From Obrimoposthia wandeli (Eukaryota), in the NCBI GenBank assembly GCA_977020255.1, contig CDROCS010000482.1, forward strand, positions 62,001 to 126,000: a stretch of 64,000 nucleotides of DNA, written 5' to 3'. Position 1 is the stretch's first letter, and every line of letters begins with the position of its first letter. This document shows positions 37,801 through 52,800 of the stretch, piece after piece. Made by a program: the position numbers and the translations under genes. The notes beneath the pieces were generated by a model, which did no database searches, was not told the origin of the DNA, and saw only the letters and a list, made by a program, of their open reading frames with translations.

Positions 37801-40800
37801 ACGAAATATTATTCTTAAACAGAATGGTGGTTTCATAGGGGCTCTTATTCCAGTTGTTGCTTCAATTATGAGTAGTATTATAGCTGCGACATAAACAATT
37901 ATTTCTAAAATCAGCTAAAGATATGGGTGCTAGGCCTTCTTTACCTAAACTTAAATTTTCTTTCTATTCCAATTGTTGTAATGGAGAAGATATGGTTCAA
38001 TCCAAAAGATCCAATTGGCTACACAGGAGTTTCAAAATTAGCAAAAAGAACAAAACAAAATTACAAGAAAACGCAGAAATGGCTGAGCGACCAGTTAGCC
38101 TACAGTCTGAACCAGCCGATGAGAAGAAGGTTTCCAACTAGAGCTTACAAAACCAGCGGTCCTAATAATTTATGGCAGATGGATTTGATGGAGATGATCC
38201 CATATTCTTCCATTAATAAGGGATATCGATATATTTTAACATGTATTGATGTATTTAGCAGGTTTGCTCGTGCAATTCCACTTAAAGCAAAGTCTTCAAT
38301 AGCTATGCTTGAAGCCATTAAAGAAATATTAAAAGAGGACATTCCACAAAATGTGCAAACTGATTTAGGAAAAGAATTTTATAATAAGCAAGTTCAATCA
38401 TTATTTAAACAAAATAATATAAATCATTACTCTGTGTTTTCACAATACAAAGCAGCAGTAGTAGAAAGATTTAATCGTACTCTAAGAGATCGAATAAAAA
38501 AGTATTTCACAAAAGAAGGAAATAAAAAATGGATCCAAGTTTTACCTAAAATAATACATGCATATAATCACTCGGAACATAGAGGTCTCAAGGGAATGAG
38601 ACCTGTTGATGTTACTAATAAAAATTCTATGGATATTTGGATGAACAGGAATAAAAAAGAAAATATTAAAAAAGCAAAATATAAGAAAAACGAATATGTC
38701 TGAATTTTGAAAATTAGCTCTACTCCATTTATTAAAAACTTTGATCAGAATTGGAAGCATTGCCGGTGAATCCAGTTCCGCCAGGCTTTCGTCCAAACCA
38801 GCGTCATCCCAGGCCCTCTTCAAGTTCTGGCTGGTTGTTGGACGAGGAGAAGTAGTCTCATGCAGATGTGGTTGACTCGAGGACGGACTTATCTCGATCG
38901 GCAATACTGGGATCCTCTCGTATAAAATTGAACCGTCGTCCACTGGAGATGGGAGAATCTCCTGCTGGCTAATCACCGCCTCAGAATAATGGCCAATTGA
39001 GGTGCGAATGTTTCTCGAGCGCTTCGTCTTTTTCACCTCTGCCGGCTTTGTCCTTTTCTTAGGGAAAGCAGTAACTTCTCCCCAAGTCTCCTCAATTATC
39101 TGGACAGGTTCCTGCAAATGAAAACATTAATAAAATTTCAAATAAATTTTATTTAATTAAAAAATATTTAAAATACCAAAAAATTACCTCAATACTCGTA
39201 TACGGAAGTTTTTCCTGCCGCTCAATCGTTACTTCGCTCGATTTGAGTAGACAGGATTTCGCCTTTCTAAGACGCCGTACTGCAGCCCGCCTCGTTCACT
39301 CCTGCGGGAAAGGAGAAATTTTGGCCCATGTCTCCTCAGTTAATTGTATTGGTTCCTGCAACAAAAAACATAAATAAAATTTAAACATATAAATAATTTA
39401 CCTCAATGACGGGCAGATTAGCCTGTTTCGCCAACTTGGCCTTCTTCCGATGGACCGTATTGGTTTTGACTCGATGGCGTCGAGGTTTCTTAACTGATGC
39501 TTGCTTCCTATCGACGGGTAATCTCCGAGTTGCCTCCTCCCAAATTTCCTCCACCAATTCGGCTTCCTATGTGTATAATTAAATAAATTTACTTATTTAT
39601 AATAATATACTTCAAATTTAGCCGGAGTCGGTAGGTAACGCTGATCACTCCTGGGATCATCCTGGCTACATTGACTCGCCAAGTACTGCGGTTCAATTAG
39701 CCTCTCAATCGTGGTCACTGACGGTGCCAAATCCAGTTGCAGTTTCTGAAAATAAAATTAAAAAACATTTTAAATAAATGATGTCTAACCTCATTCGTCG
39801 CCTTTATTCTCCTAACAGGACGTATCGGAGATTGTGGCCTTTTGAATGGATCAGGCACTGCATTGTTGGATATCGGAGTCGGAGTTGTTGAGGGAGTGAT
39901 ACCATCCCATTCGTCGGTGAACAGATCCCACTCATCTTCATCCAATTCTGCAACCATGGACTCGTTGGCTCCTGGGGCTCCGATACTTGGCTGTATCCAT
40001 TTCTCCTCCCCATCCGACGGAACGTCATCAGTAAACAGCTCCTCGCCTGAGTCTGGTGCCAGTATTATCTCCGGTTGAGACAGAGGGATCAATTTCCAGG
40101 GGCATTTGATTGCCGCCTCAAAATTGTCAAAGAGATTGGATCTCCTTGCTGCTACTGCTGAAGTTGCCGGACGATTGGCTTCTGTGTTCAGCCTGGGAGT
40201 ACAGTCTTCCCAATTCTCTATCGAATCCTGACTAGTCAGATCGATATATTGGGATCTCTGTACCTCACCTCGCACGCTCATTGGTTCTTCTCTTGGAGTT
40301 GAGCTGGCCAATGGTGCTTCTTCTTGTAACAGCTCCGCTCTTGCTGCTGCTTCTCATTCGTCTCCTTTGCTCACCACCGACGAGTCTTGACTAAGTAAGT
40401 CAAGGTACTGCGCCGGTGGTGGCGTTCGCTGCTGTACTGGAGAGAGATCCCCATACAGTTGAACCTCCGTCTCTTCATCCAAATCGACGTTGTTGAAAAT
40501 TGGCATTATTAATTATTGATTAATGATATTTGATTTATGAAAAATAATGAAAAGAGGTTTCCTTATATACAAAAATAATAGACTAACCCTCTTTTGTCGT
40601 CCAATGAGAGCGGGTTATTCAAATAATTTATTTTAAAATCAGTAGGCTTTTCTCAATTTTTTAACTATGTTTGAATGCTAGAATGTCATAGGATAAAACA
40701 TATTTTATTCGAAAATATAACTATTTTCTTAAGATTTTGTTGCTTAAGTTTAACGTCCAATGAAAACGTATTATTCCAAGAATTTATGATATTTTCTTAA

Positions 40801-43800
40801 ATTTTGTTGATGTTTGAATACATGTATATCTTTGGATTTAAAATAGTAATATTTTTTTGACTGTACATGTTTGGATGGTATAAAAAATTCATGAACTCAT
40901 TTAAGGTCAAGTTAAGGTCATGACCTTATGAGGTCATCATCATGAGGTCAAGGTCATTTAAGGTCAACATGAGGTTAAGGGTACAAAGTTGTCTAGGTCA
41001 TCATGAGATCAAGATCATTTATGGTCATGATGACTAATTTGATGACTCACCAAATAAAAATGAAAATTATTTCGAATTTATGTAATTGATTATTTAAATT
41101 TTTTTTGCTACCCTATATATGTATCTTTCTTATAAATTATTATAAAGAAATTTTTTTTAAGACATTGTATATATGTATAGATATAAATTTTTGTTGTTGA
41201 GTGTTTGGGAGGGGGGTAGAAAACCTTTCTACACATCTGCATGGAATTTCACTCCACACACATGCACGGTTTTAAAGGACAGTAGGGGGAGGGGGGTGTG
41301 GATTAGACCGGACACATCCACCTACTTATACTATAAAATATATTTACATTTTAGGTTACTGTGAAGCGATAAACGATTTTATTGACCTTAACTTGATTAA
41401 AATACAGAAATTTATTATCCATTGACACAAAATGATATTTAAAATGTAGATTAGTGTAAGTCAAAGAATGTAATATACTCGAAGTTACACAAGGTTACTT
41501 AATTTAAAACAATTAATTCAAAATGTAATACATTTAGGATTTATTTTTTCAATTTATTGAAAACGACAGTATTTTATCAATTACTTTTTATGTGATGGAA
41601 TAATACAGTAATAACTTAAAACATGTTAAAGGAAATATATGCAAAATATATTATGTTTACAAGTAAATTTCAAATATCTAGTAAACAAAAAATTTAAATA
41701 CTTAATAATACTTAATTACTTAATAATAACTTATATTTGAAAATTATATTATAGACAGTCGGGGCGATACAATTAATAAGTTTATAATTTGGAATGTTTT
41801 GTTTTTGAAGTTTAAAAATAAAGTCACTTGACAAAAATCACAACAAAAATGCGGACAAGTAAAACAAATTAACATAAAAAATGAAAATTTTTGTTGAAAA
41901 ATATTGAATATTATATTAATTATATGTTGTCAAGAATAGCTAATTATTTTGTGATTATTATAATTATTATTATACCTATATTCTGCCATACTCTCTAATA
42001 CTAGTTCATTTACATATACATTCGATATAGCTTACTTGATTTTATTTACTCTTGCTATCCCTTAGCACCATTTTCATATACACTACCTAACTCTTATTTT
42101 CATTTACTTATTTCTAATTCGCATTCGTACTTGGTTTCATTTACATACATTCTAACTCTAATTTATTCCAACTTTCATTCAAATTCATTGATACTTTTAC
42201 TGATATTCATTCATATTTGGTTTCTGTAGGTCTAACATTTGTAATTGTACATGTATAAGTTCTTACTTGAATTTGTAATTGCATTCATAATTCTACTCGC
42301 TTTTATTTAAATGTGTTCATTTACATCCAAGGACCTTAATTTTACTAGTTCACACAATAATTTTTATAATATTTCTTAGAAAATTGAATAATATATTGAA
42401 ATATTAGATTGATAGTCAAATATATGAACAATTTGATTGATTTATATGTTAAACAATATAATTAAAAATTTTATATTCTAAGTTATTGACAAAGCTTTCA
42501 GAAAACTTTGAAAAATATAGCTTTAGAAATAAATTTGCAATATTCTATACAAAACATTTTTTGTTGAATTATTTTATTAGAACTTGTATGTTTAAAATAT
42601 ATTTTAAATATTTATAAAGAAAAACGAAAAATGATAATATTCAAATTATATATATATATTTACATTCAAGTTTTTTGAAAATAAAGAATTCAAATTCAAT
42701 TGATAAAAAATCTAATTAATGAAATTTATCAAATGAGATAAGGAATATTTAATTATTTCAATGTGTAGGAATGAATTTTGATCATAGTAGCATTTAAAAA
42801 AAAAGTAAATAAAAATAAATAAAATGTGAAAATAAAAATATGGGAAAATTTACATCTAAAATAATAGAATTGTAATCAAATTACTAATATTATTCATTGA
42901 TTGTTAGTATTTATTTGTTAATTAGTTAGTAAAAACAATAATTTGTATTTCTTCATTTCAAAATTTAATTTGTAATTATTAAATTTCTAATATTTTCATA
43001 AATGTTTTAAGACATAAATTACTAATATTGAAGCATGCTATTTTGAATTTTATAAATATATATAACGTTTAATTTGTATTTGAATATACAATTGTTTGAG
43101 TACATCAATGACAACAATAAAAAAACACACACATAAATGTCAATATTTGTTAAAATTGTTATTTCACAAAATGCTATAAAAATTTAAATGAATTAATAAA
43201 ATGAGATGTGGACTTTTAAAGAAAGAAATTTGTAAAAATTATGTAAAGTGGGTTAATATTTTGTATTATTCTATATTTATTTTTAAATTAAATTTGTATT
43301 TTAGTAATTGCTTGTTGAACTTAAAGTAATTAATTTTTTTTCTAAATTAAAAATATCAAATAATCGTTGTAAATTATTTTATTTTAATAAATTATTTATA
43401 ATTTTTATTAATTGCAATGTATTTGAAATATAATTTTTTTGTCATTGTTTTAATACATTAATTGTATACAATAATAAAGCACAATTTTAATGTAATACAT
43501 TTATAATTTAAAAAAAGAAGAAGTTACACTAGTTGAAATAATGATATTAGTGTTTCAAAATTACGTCAAAGGAGTTAATCAGTCCACGTATGATAGGTGT
43601 TCGGATAGGGATACTAAGTGGGCTAGAATCCATCCTTCCACGTACTTTCCCTCTATCCATTCATCCGCCCTCGATTCATTCATCTGTCCATCCATCTATC
43701 TCCCTCCATCCCACCCTCCTTCCCACCCTCCTTCCCACCCTCCTTCCCTCCCTATCTCCCTCCATCACTCCCTCCAGATCTTCATCCCACCCTTCATCAG

Positions 43801-46800
43801 TACATATTTCCATCTATCCATCCAATCTTCCCTCCGTTCATTCCTCCATTCATTTTGTTCATTAATAACATCATTTTTACAGGGAGAGAGAAATTTGGGA
43901 TTTCTTAGCCAACTGGGATCGTGTTCTAAAATACAGAATTCAACCTTTGATGCTGCATCTCCAAATGGCGAATTGTTGTCTCCAGTTAACACAATATTTA
44001 AATCTAGAGAATACAAAATTGCCGTTTATCCAAAAAACTGTTGGGGTTGGATGAAGTCAGCTAATTTTAGTTTTGTTACACCTCAATTTAGTAAGTATTC
44101 ATTTTACATTCCTATCTGTCAAATATGTTTATTTTGCTGTAATCATGGCTACTCAAAATTAATGATTCAGGACATACAAATGACTTTTAATGGCTCCTGA
44201 ATTTCGCACGTTTAGAAGCTCATAACGTTTCTTGAAGTCCCTTGTAATAATTTTCTGCCACGACTTTCAGCATTCATGTACAAGTAGTATATCCCAAGAA
44301 CGATATTTAAAAATATGCTTGGTAAAGGCTCTTTTACACATTTTATTGTTTGTGTATCTCGTGAGTGATGGGCATTTGTGAGAAAATTTCCCCTTTATGT
44401 CTTGAGCACTGCCAACCGCGTAATATACGCAGCCACTGACCAAATTGGCAGTCAACCACACAATCCAAATGGGGATAGAACTTTACAATTTTATATCGCA
44501 CCAAAACATTCACCAGTTTGGTAAAATAGGGAATCAAAAACGACAAAATACCCAAAATAAAATATTTTCGATTTTGTGTGTGTGTAAATTGCATGGATGT
44601 AAATACTGGTTTTTTCATTAAATTCTGTATAAGAAATATCACAAAAGTAATAAAAGTCAGATTTCAACAATTTCTGACATGCAATCTTTCCTTTGTTGAG
44701 AAGCACATGTGAAGGTAAAACATTGGTTTTGATTTCTTTTCTTTGCTGTGATCGGAGTTGTAAGGAGGTTGAGAATAATGTAATTTTTGATAAATAAAAT
44801 TTAAATATAAAAAAATTATTCACATGATATTTTAATTAGATATTGTAATGGATGTGGGCTAGAATATACAAACTGGAAGTTTCTCAAATTTTGTTAAAAT
44901 ATTGTAAATAAAATAATATTTTTTTGAATTTTGAAAAGTATTTTAGTCAATGGAAACGACTAGTATGAATAGTCCAATTGCGCCTTTTAGGTCCTTTTGT
45001 ATCAACTCATTTTTTGGCTCTTGTGACTGTTTTGTAGATTTGGTATCAGAACTCTGCGTTGAACGAGTGATAGTATCAGTTCATTCGCTATTTCTCCTTT
45101 GAAGTGAATATGAACATCTCCAGACAGTTTGAAATCACAAAATGGCGGCTATGTCAGCGAATGTAGATACATATCTCACAACCAACGATGACACTTACAA
45201 TTACTTCTAAATCCACGTACCAGCCTGTCTAGATTGATGACTCGCCCTTCTGCTTTATTATACATTGTTACTTTGTTCAGTTGTGTTCGCCGGAGTACCA
45301 TGCATTGCCGAAGGAAGGAGAACAGGAGCTGTGGCATTATTCCAAAAAGCTGCATATTGTTTTTGCGCTGTGATAGAAATGGCAAGTATCTCATTTCATT
45401 GATACAGTTTATTTTGAGATTGGGACATTTCTTTTCTTCTCAATGTCCAAAGTTGTATCACACGAAATGCATCGATTAGTCAACATCACGCTTGTAAAAT
45501 AATTGTCTTTCTTAATATTCCTCTTACTATTCAAATAGTTTGGTGCTATCTCACTGCAAGAATCTCCTGGGATTTCTTCGTTCAGAGTCTATCAGAGTCT
45601 AAGTATTGTATTTGATTCCGTGAGCCAAAATATTTTCACTCAAATTTGTCGGTTTGTATGGAATGTATTATTTCATGGATACTCATTCATGGTACTCCAC
45701 CAGCATTTCATCAATAGACAACAACGGTCCTGGTTGTCAGAGCTTTGCAAGATTGTTATTGAACACATTGATGGAATTTAAGATAGGTTTGTAAATGTTT
45801 GAATCGCTTTGGGAAAATTCTCACTGTTTTAATTCATATTGTATATACGTGTGTGTTTCTAAAAAACTGGCCAATTACAAACAATAATTGAAGATTTGAG
45901 AAAAGAATATGAGGAAAGGTATAAGTATTGATAATCTAGTAGATTAGTTTGAAAAATTCCATTAAATTCGGGATATTTAAAGATACTGATATTTTTAAAA
46001 ATTATGCAATAAATTTAATTTATGGAATCAATATTTGAATATCATTACAAAAATGAAGAAAACCTGGAATAATTCATTCTTACTTCAATTGTGAAAATAA
46101 TCGATTTTAAAAGCACTACAAATCTTTACTTAACCCTTGAAAAAAGAGTAGAGATGAAATTTTGAAGGTTATGAAGATAAAGAAATCTACTATAAATTCT
46201 CAACACAAAAATATAAACTTAGGAATGTTGAAGAGAAAATAACAATAAAAAAACATTTTTGCATACCTGCTAAACGACACGATATGTTTTAACTGAGGTG
46301 ACTGCCTGAATACTGGCTATTCCTCACCCTTGATTATTGGAATACGTTATTGTACTATCTATAATTTCATCGTCTCCCTTCTGGACGAATGCCTACTGGA
46401 AAACATTGTCAAATACGAAATAAATTGCGAACAGGTGGTTGCCGCAGGTTGTCCAGCAAGTCCCGTATCGAGCTTTTAGTTTTAGATTTTCAGTCTCAGT
46501 TCCCAGATTGTCATTTTCTACTGGATGTGGTCGTAATCCGTTGAAGAAGCTGAAAGATCAGCCAAAGAATGTAGATTGGAATCGAGTATTTCATCCGAGA
46601 TTATCACCAACAGAGTTATTTGAAGGCACGGGCAAATCGATATTGAGTTGCAATCATCCATGGGGATTTCTTCAAGTTGTATGTCTTTTAACCGGTTCAA
46701 CGTATCATTGTTTCTTCATAAGGTAATTTTGCTTGTCCTGTGGGGACGCGGTGCTATGAATAAAGTTAATACACTTATTGAAATAACAACTTTTATAACA

Positions 46801-49800
46801 ATATTTTATTTTTGATTTATTCATTTTATTGTTATTGCTTGCAACGTGAGAAGAGTAAATTAGAGTCTGTGTACTGTAGTATAATGGAAATTAATGCAAG
46901 TTTTAATGGCCCATACAATGTACCAACAAACACAAACGCAGCACCCAGCGAGGTATGTAACCTGGTAAAAAGGTCAGTTCCCACTAACCGTTAAATATTA
47001 AATAAAACATTTACCATTTTCGTATTTTATTCAAAAGTCTGATAATAAACTAAAAAGTGAGAGGTTATATTTTAAATTTGAATCTCACACGTTCAACTCT
47101 TGTTGATGGAATAAAATAATTATTTTGAAGTTTATTTTTCCAATAAGAAGACTTGTCTATATACATTATAAGTAGTGATAGAGTGCATACGTATTATATG
47201 ACAATGTTTACCATGTCGTATGAACAGTTCATGCTTTTTTTAATTTTAAATAATTATAGGAAAAATTAAAATTATTTCATTTTATTTTCAGAAAATATGT
47301 TTGATGTGTCTTGTATTTTTTGCCTTTTATTTCATCTGAAACATAAAACATTACCTTTTCATTATTAAATTTATAACCTATTTCATCAAAAATACAAATT
47401 TATATAAAGTGTTTTTTCCCTTAATTCCATTTTGATAAAGAAAAAAAAAGTTAAAATGTATTAGTAAATTTATTTTTAGAATCCAAAGATTATAACGGAA
47501 TATTTACATGAAATATATAGTGTAACAGATTAAAATTATTACATACATCCATAACACATAATTATATCAATAAAAGTTTAGGACATATTTGATAAAATTA
47601 ATTTATATTTCCAAATAATGAAATAAAAAATATGAAATTTACAATCAAAGTTAGAAATTATTTTCAAATCTTCTAAGAATAATAAAATAATATTTAAAGA
47701 AAATCCAGCCAAATATAATTTGCATAATTTATCTGCAAACATTTCAATCATTATTTGATAGATTGTTTCCCTCTTCAAATCCTTCAATTTATTCCATGTA
47801 CAATTTAATTTGCAATCTATTCCATTTAATTTTATCTCCCATTTTTAAAAGAAATTATTTATAACAAGAAATATTTTGTAATATAAATTAATAATAAATA
47901 AAATTAATCCAAAAATAATCTAGCCACAACCCCTAGGAGTGAATATACCCACGTTATGGCGAAACACAGTCGACTGTTCGGCCTTAACGCTTTAAAATTG
48001 CGACCAGGACTAACAACTTACGTACTATCATGCATTACCTGACTAAGATAAATTGACAAACCAATACTACTGTAAAGGTCCAAAATGGACGATTTAAAAA
48101 AAATGACCAAATTAAATTGAATATGTATTTATAGACCTGGCCAAGGACATTTTAGAAAACTACAACAGAAAATTACAACAGAATTCAAATTCAAAAGGAA
48201 AATGTAGAACCAATAGGAACTAATTAACTCCATATTAAAACGGGAGGAGATAATTAACCTCATGTGACCTCTAACTCTATTACTTATAAATTCATATGAG
48301 ATAGAGTATAAGTAAATATGTCAATATGACTATGGATATATCACAACAGAAGTAAATTTCGTGTAAATATTTCAAATAGATTCAAGGAAAGCGAAATACA
48401 AGAACCATTAACACCATCGAAGGAAGTTCTAGTATATCTAGATAATGGAAAGATGAACAGCATAATCGATATTACAACACAGGCAAAAAGAAACAAATTT
48501 CCGCGACACAAACACAAATGCTGGCAGTCACAGAATCACGAGACATCTATAAAACCTATGTTATAAAGGTTTATTTAGAGGAAGCCAAAACAAACGAAAA
48601 CGTAGTGGTATAGATAAACGAAAATGAGAATCCGACAAGAATAAAAGCACGTAAAGGTAATGGAGTAAACCAAAAAAGAAAGTCAGGATAGAGAGAAATT
48701 CAGTGAGAGAACGCACAAAAACGAAATAATTTTATGCACAAATGTATTAAATCCGTAACACAGGCATTAATTATATGCACAGTTACATAATTCATACCCA
48801 AAGCAAACGCAGACAGCGACAGCTTGGGAATCTCTGGATATACCTATTTGTGCGAGATTTAGAAAACAAAAACACTAAAATGATAATAAACGCAAATGGT
48901 AACGCAAACCCATCAAATACAACTGTTAGTTACCCTCACCATCGATTTAGAAAAAACCTGCACTAATATTTTCCCTGACAATATTCAAAAGTTCAATTGG
49001 AGTTACAGAAGGAATAATCATGAGCTATGCCTGAGTACATACGTATTAAGAGAACACGTACGATCTTACAAATAAGCATACCTGCAAGTAGTGACAATAA
49101 TTGGTGATTCTTCAGGCGCAGAAGTACATGAGATTTTTTGTTGATACATTTTTATTAGTTAATCTTTTGAAATATAATGTGTAGCGGTCTCAAACTTTAG
49201 TAAATAATTTTAATAAAATCGACAACTTGTTTATTTTTGTTATCATGTAATACAATATCAACCTGTAGCGGTCCCAAGTTTTGATAAAATACAACTTGAT
49301 AAAAATTACAACCTCTAAAGGCTATACCTATTTAAATCTTAAAAAAGTCTGTCAGTAGGATTAGGAATATAATATATATCATAAGCTGTAACCCTAACCT
49401 TTCTATAAACATAATTATGTTGTGTGTATTATTTGTTGTGAATGCATTATCAATTTTTATAATCACATATGTTGACTTATTTAAGTGTGAATTATATAAT
49501 TTGTGGTTAATATTCTTGTTGATTCTTACATAAATAGTATTACAGATTCAGTAAGATATACATTGTGAGACCCTCAATCATAGATGATATCACAGTAATT
49601 GATAATAAGAAAAACAAAACAGTATGCCATTGTGAGAAAAAACAAATTACCTTCTGATGTTTGATACAAATCAGCACAGACCTTCCACTCAAGTCCTATA
49701 CCTCTTAAGAACTCACGCACCAAAGTCTTCCAAAAGAGGGATACAACTCTGGTCCCAACACTTCGACATATTCACATGTACTCAACCTTTCTATGTGTGA

Positions 49801-52800
49801 TTTGGATAGGTTCATTTGTCTTTTATATACACTGGAACACGTTCAGACACTTTCGTATACAAATTGGAAATGTGATATTTTCCTAAGGACATCTACATTT
49901 TGATGAAAAGTGTGTGTCACACGAATTTTGAGCTATGAACGAGCAGTTGTTTGCCATATAAGTGCCACTGTAGCTTTATTCAAAATATCTCAAACAAGTT
50001 TAAGTATTTGGCATTACGTTTTACTACCCTTCTAATTGCTTAGGCTGTGGTTATCCACAATCAAGTTCGAAGACTAGAATTGCAATATTTTATTATTCAA
50101 AGGACACTTGAAAATAATTACTTAACTACAAACATAACAATATAATGTGATTTCTATTTTTTTATCAAAATAAACTTTTATTTGATTATTTGATTTTAGA
50201 AAAATTATAAACAAACACATTTATGATTTATCTTGATAATTATACAAGAATATTTTATTGACTTTGAGGCTTTCCTTAATAAAGATGGAGATTATATTAT
50301 AAAATAATTATGTGATATATAGATATATGCGGAGTTTTTAATCTTTTACACTATATATTTCATGTATATATTCCATTTGATTCTTTATATTCTAAAATTA
50401 AATTAAATTTCCCACTAATGATTTTCATTTATTAAAATAAAAAATAAACGTTGTTTCATGTAAAATTTGTAATTTTGATTTAATAGATTTTAAATTTAAT
50501 ATCGAAAATGATTTTAAAAAAATATAATTTTAAAATAAAGATCACCTGTTTTTAATATTTTACATGAATACATATTTAAAGTTTCGAAAAATATTAGCTA
50601 TCCATATCTTGATAATGGTAAACATAAACAAGAGTATATACATGTAAATAACAATTCTTCTTATAGGAGAAAAAAACCTAAATAAAAATTATTATTTTCA
50701 ATCAATTTCTCTCACCTTTTTCATTGTAATGTTTCCTATGAATATAGTAAAATACTTAAACTCTTTAAACTTTTTTATTATTATTTTCAGACTTACTGCA
50801 TCCTGCTTCTAACGTATTGTGGTGCTTCGTCTCTCGATTAAGGAGAATCCAGTCACAATAACATGCTGGCTTATTATCAGACAAGGTATTTTGGGCTGAT
50901 TAAATTTGTGTACCTGTTCTGCTGAGAATCAGAGAAGAATGAGTACACAGTGTTCTTCGCTTATCATCGGGTTAACCTTGCCAGCTCACCAACAACAACA
51001 ACAAGGAGACTATTATGCACTTGGTAGTCAATTCGTCAGTTGGTTCAGCCCCAGCTCTACAATCTGTAATCAACACCAATTAAACAATAGTTATTTGTCT
51101 AGAAATCGTACTATCTGAATTATCTCCGTTTTTAAATGAATTGAAGTATCATGAAATCGAATTTTCTGTTAAATTAACTCTGATATCCAGATTTGAACAC
51201 GTGAATAAATTGAGTAATAATGTATTTAAATAAAATTCAAATCTCTCATTAAATTTAAGAGAACGACACATGTTCAAAATCTGCATGTATATATTATTTA
51301 CAGAAGCAAAAATTGGAGGACTCCGTTCAACTTAATTTTGCTCGAGAACGGTAATAAATTCCTTTATGCTGCAATTCCTAAAATATGTTTACTTCTAAAT
51401 TTAGATAACGGAGCCTTATTGATTAGGATAAGGTGTAAGTGGTGTCATATATGTTTGTATGGATTCATATCTGAGCTCTCTTTAGCAAACACTTGACATT
51501 ATGTACACTGAATTCCGATGACAATACGTTGTACAGTATTCAAAAAAATAAGGAAATTAAAAAAGGGATTGAGCAAAATATAATAATTGAATTTAAGGTG
51601 TATGTAGACTTTGAAACTATTTTTGGCTTTGCATGAGCAGCATGCGAGTATTCCCCCTACCGCCTTTGATACAACCCTTATTCTTAGGCCCCAATATAAC
51701 CTAGTATCATAAATTTTACAGTTCCAATTGTATTTTAAATTTTATATAAAACAATTAGAAAATTAAGTACTACAATTGTCAAACTGTGGTATGATCTTAA
51801 TGCACATCAACCAATGATCATGACTGGCGTAGACTAGGTTAATTATTCTAGAAGAAATTGTTATTTGTGCAGTGTTCAGTCCAAATTGGTCAGATATCAT
51901 TATTACATGCGCCCTTGGTCATCGACTCCCTATAAGACCGTGTTTCATAATCTCAAAGGATATGATTTTCATCATATACTTAAATATACGTTAGGAACAT
52001 TAACGTTTTGAGAATTATCTTGTTTAACTCAAACTTCAGAAAATATTTATCTTTAACTGCATATACTGAATTCTGCATTTTAAGATTTATAGATTCTTTG
52101 CAGTTTATAAAATGATCTTTAAAATTTTAACGGCATCTTTAAATGCATGGCCAATTACACAGTCAGTGTTCCCAGCTTCGGTTAATGATAAGAGGATTTT
52201 TCTGTATAAATTTGCGAAAACCTTCGCAGATTTAGAAAATACAACACAAATCCCCCATTACTGAATTCAAGGGTGTAAGTCTTCAAGACTATATTGAGGC
52301 TCGTACAATTTGGGAGAGCAATTAACGAAATCTTCTAGAATATATGCTTTATTATATGAAGTTAAACATTTATCTTTAAGCTGAAGTGTTTGAGTATTTT
52401 CGTGTAAAATCTTAAGCAGAAGATGGACTAGATCCCATGCATTTCTTTAGTTTACCTGGTCTTTCATGAACAACAGCAATTAAAACTCTTAAAACTATTG
52501 TCAAGTTACAGCAAGATCCCGCGATGTATCAGATGCATGATTATGGTATTCGCGGTGGAATGACTTTTGTCAACAAACATCATGTTGTCAAAAATCAATC
52601 CACGGAGATTCTGTACATCGAAATTAATAATTTGTATGGGTGGGCGCTTACTCAAGCTCTACCTCATACCAACTTTAAGTTGGTTTATGATGAGGAAGAG
52701 TTGAATAAGTTGATGACAGATTTGGCTACTGTTGATACAGTTTCATCAGACGTCGGCTATTTAGTTGAGGTTGACTTACAAATCCCTCCCAATGTGCATG

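Larger units (their letters stand above)
34201..41326 (+). mobile_element. Polinton copy C (7126 bp, both ends, internally deleted)
   Basis: TIRs of about 80 bp AGTAGGTGGATGTGTCCGG...CCGGACACATCCACCTACT. Perfect 6-bp TSD TATACT (34195-34200 and 41327-41332). Confidence 0.95.

Noticed and set aside
47930-49990. Possible LTR-integrase and piggyBac Cys-rich remnants
   Set aside because: Too decayed to assign by eye.
50791-50885. Exon-like segment with good acceptor and donor in intron 5
   Set aside because: In-frame TAA in the phase required by exon 5, and exons 5 and 6 join without it. It could be a decayed or poison exon, but this is unsupported.
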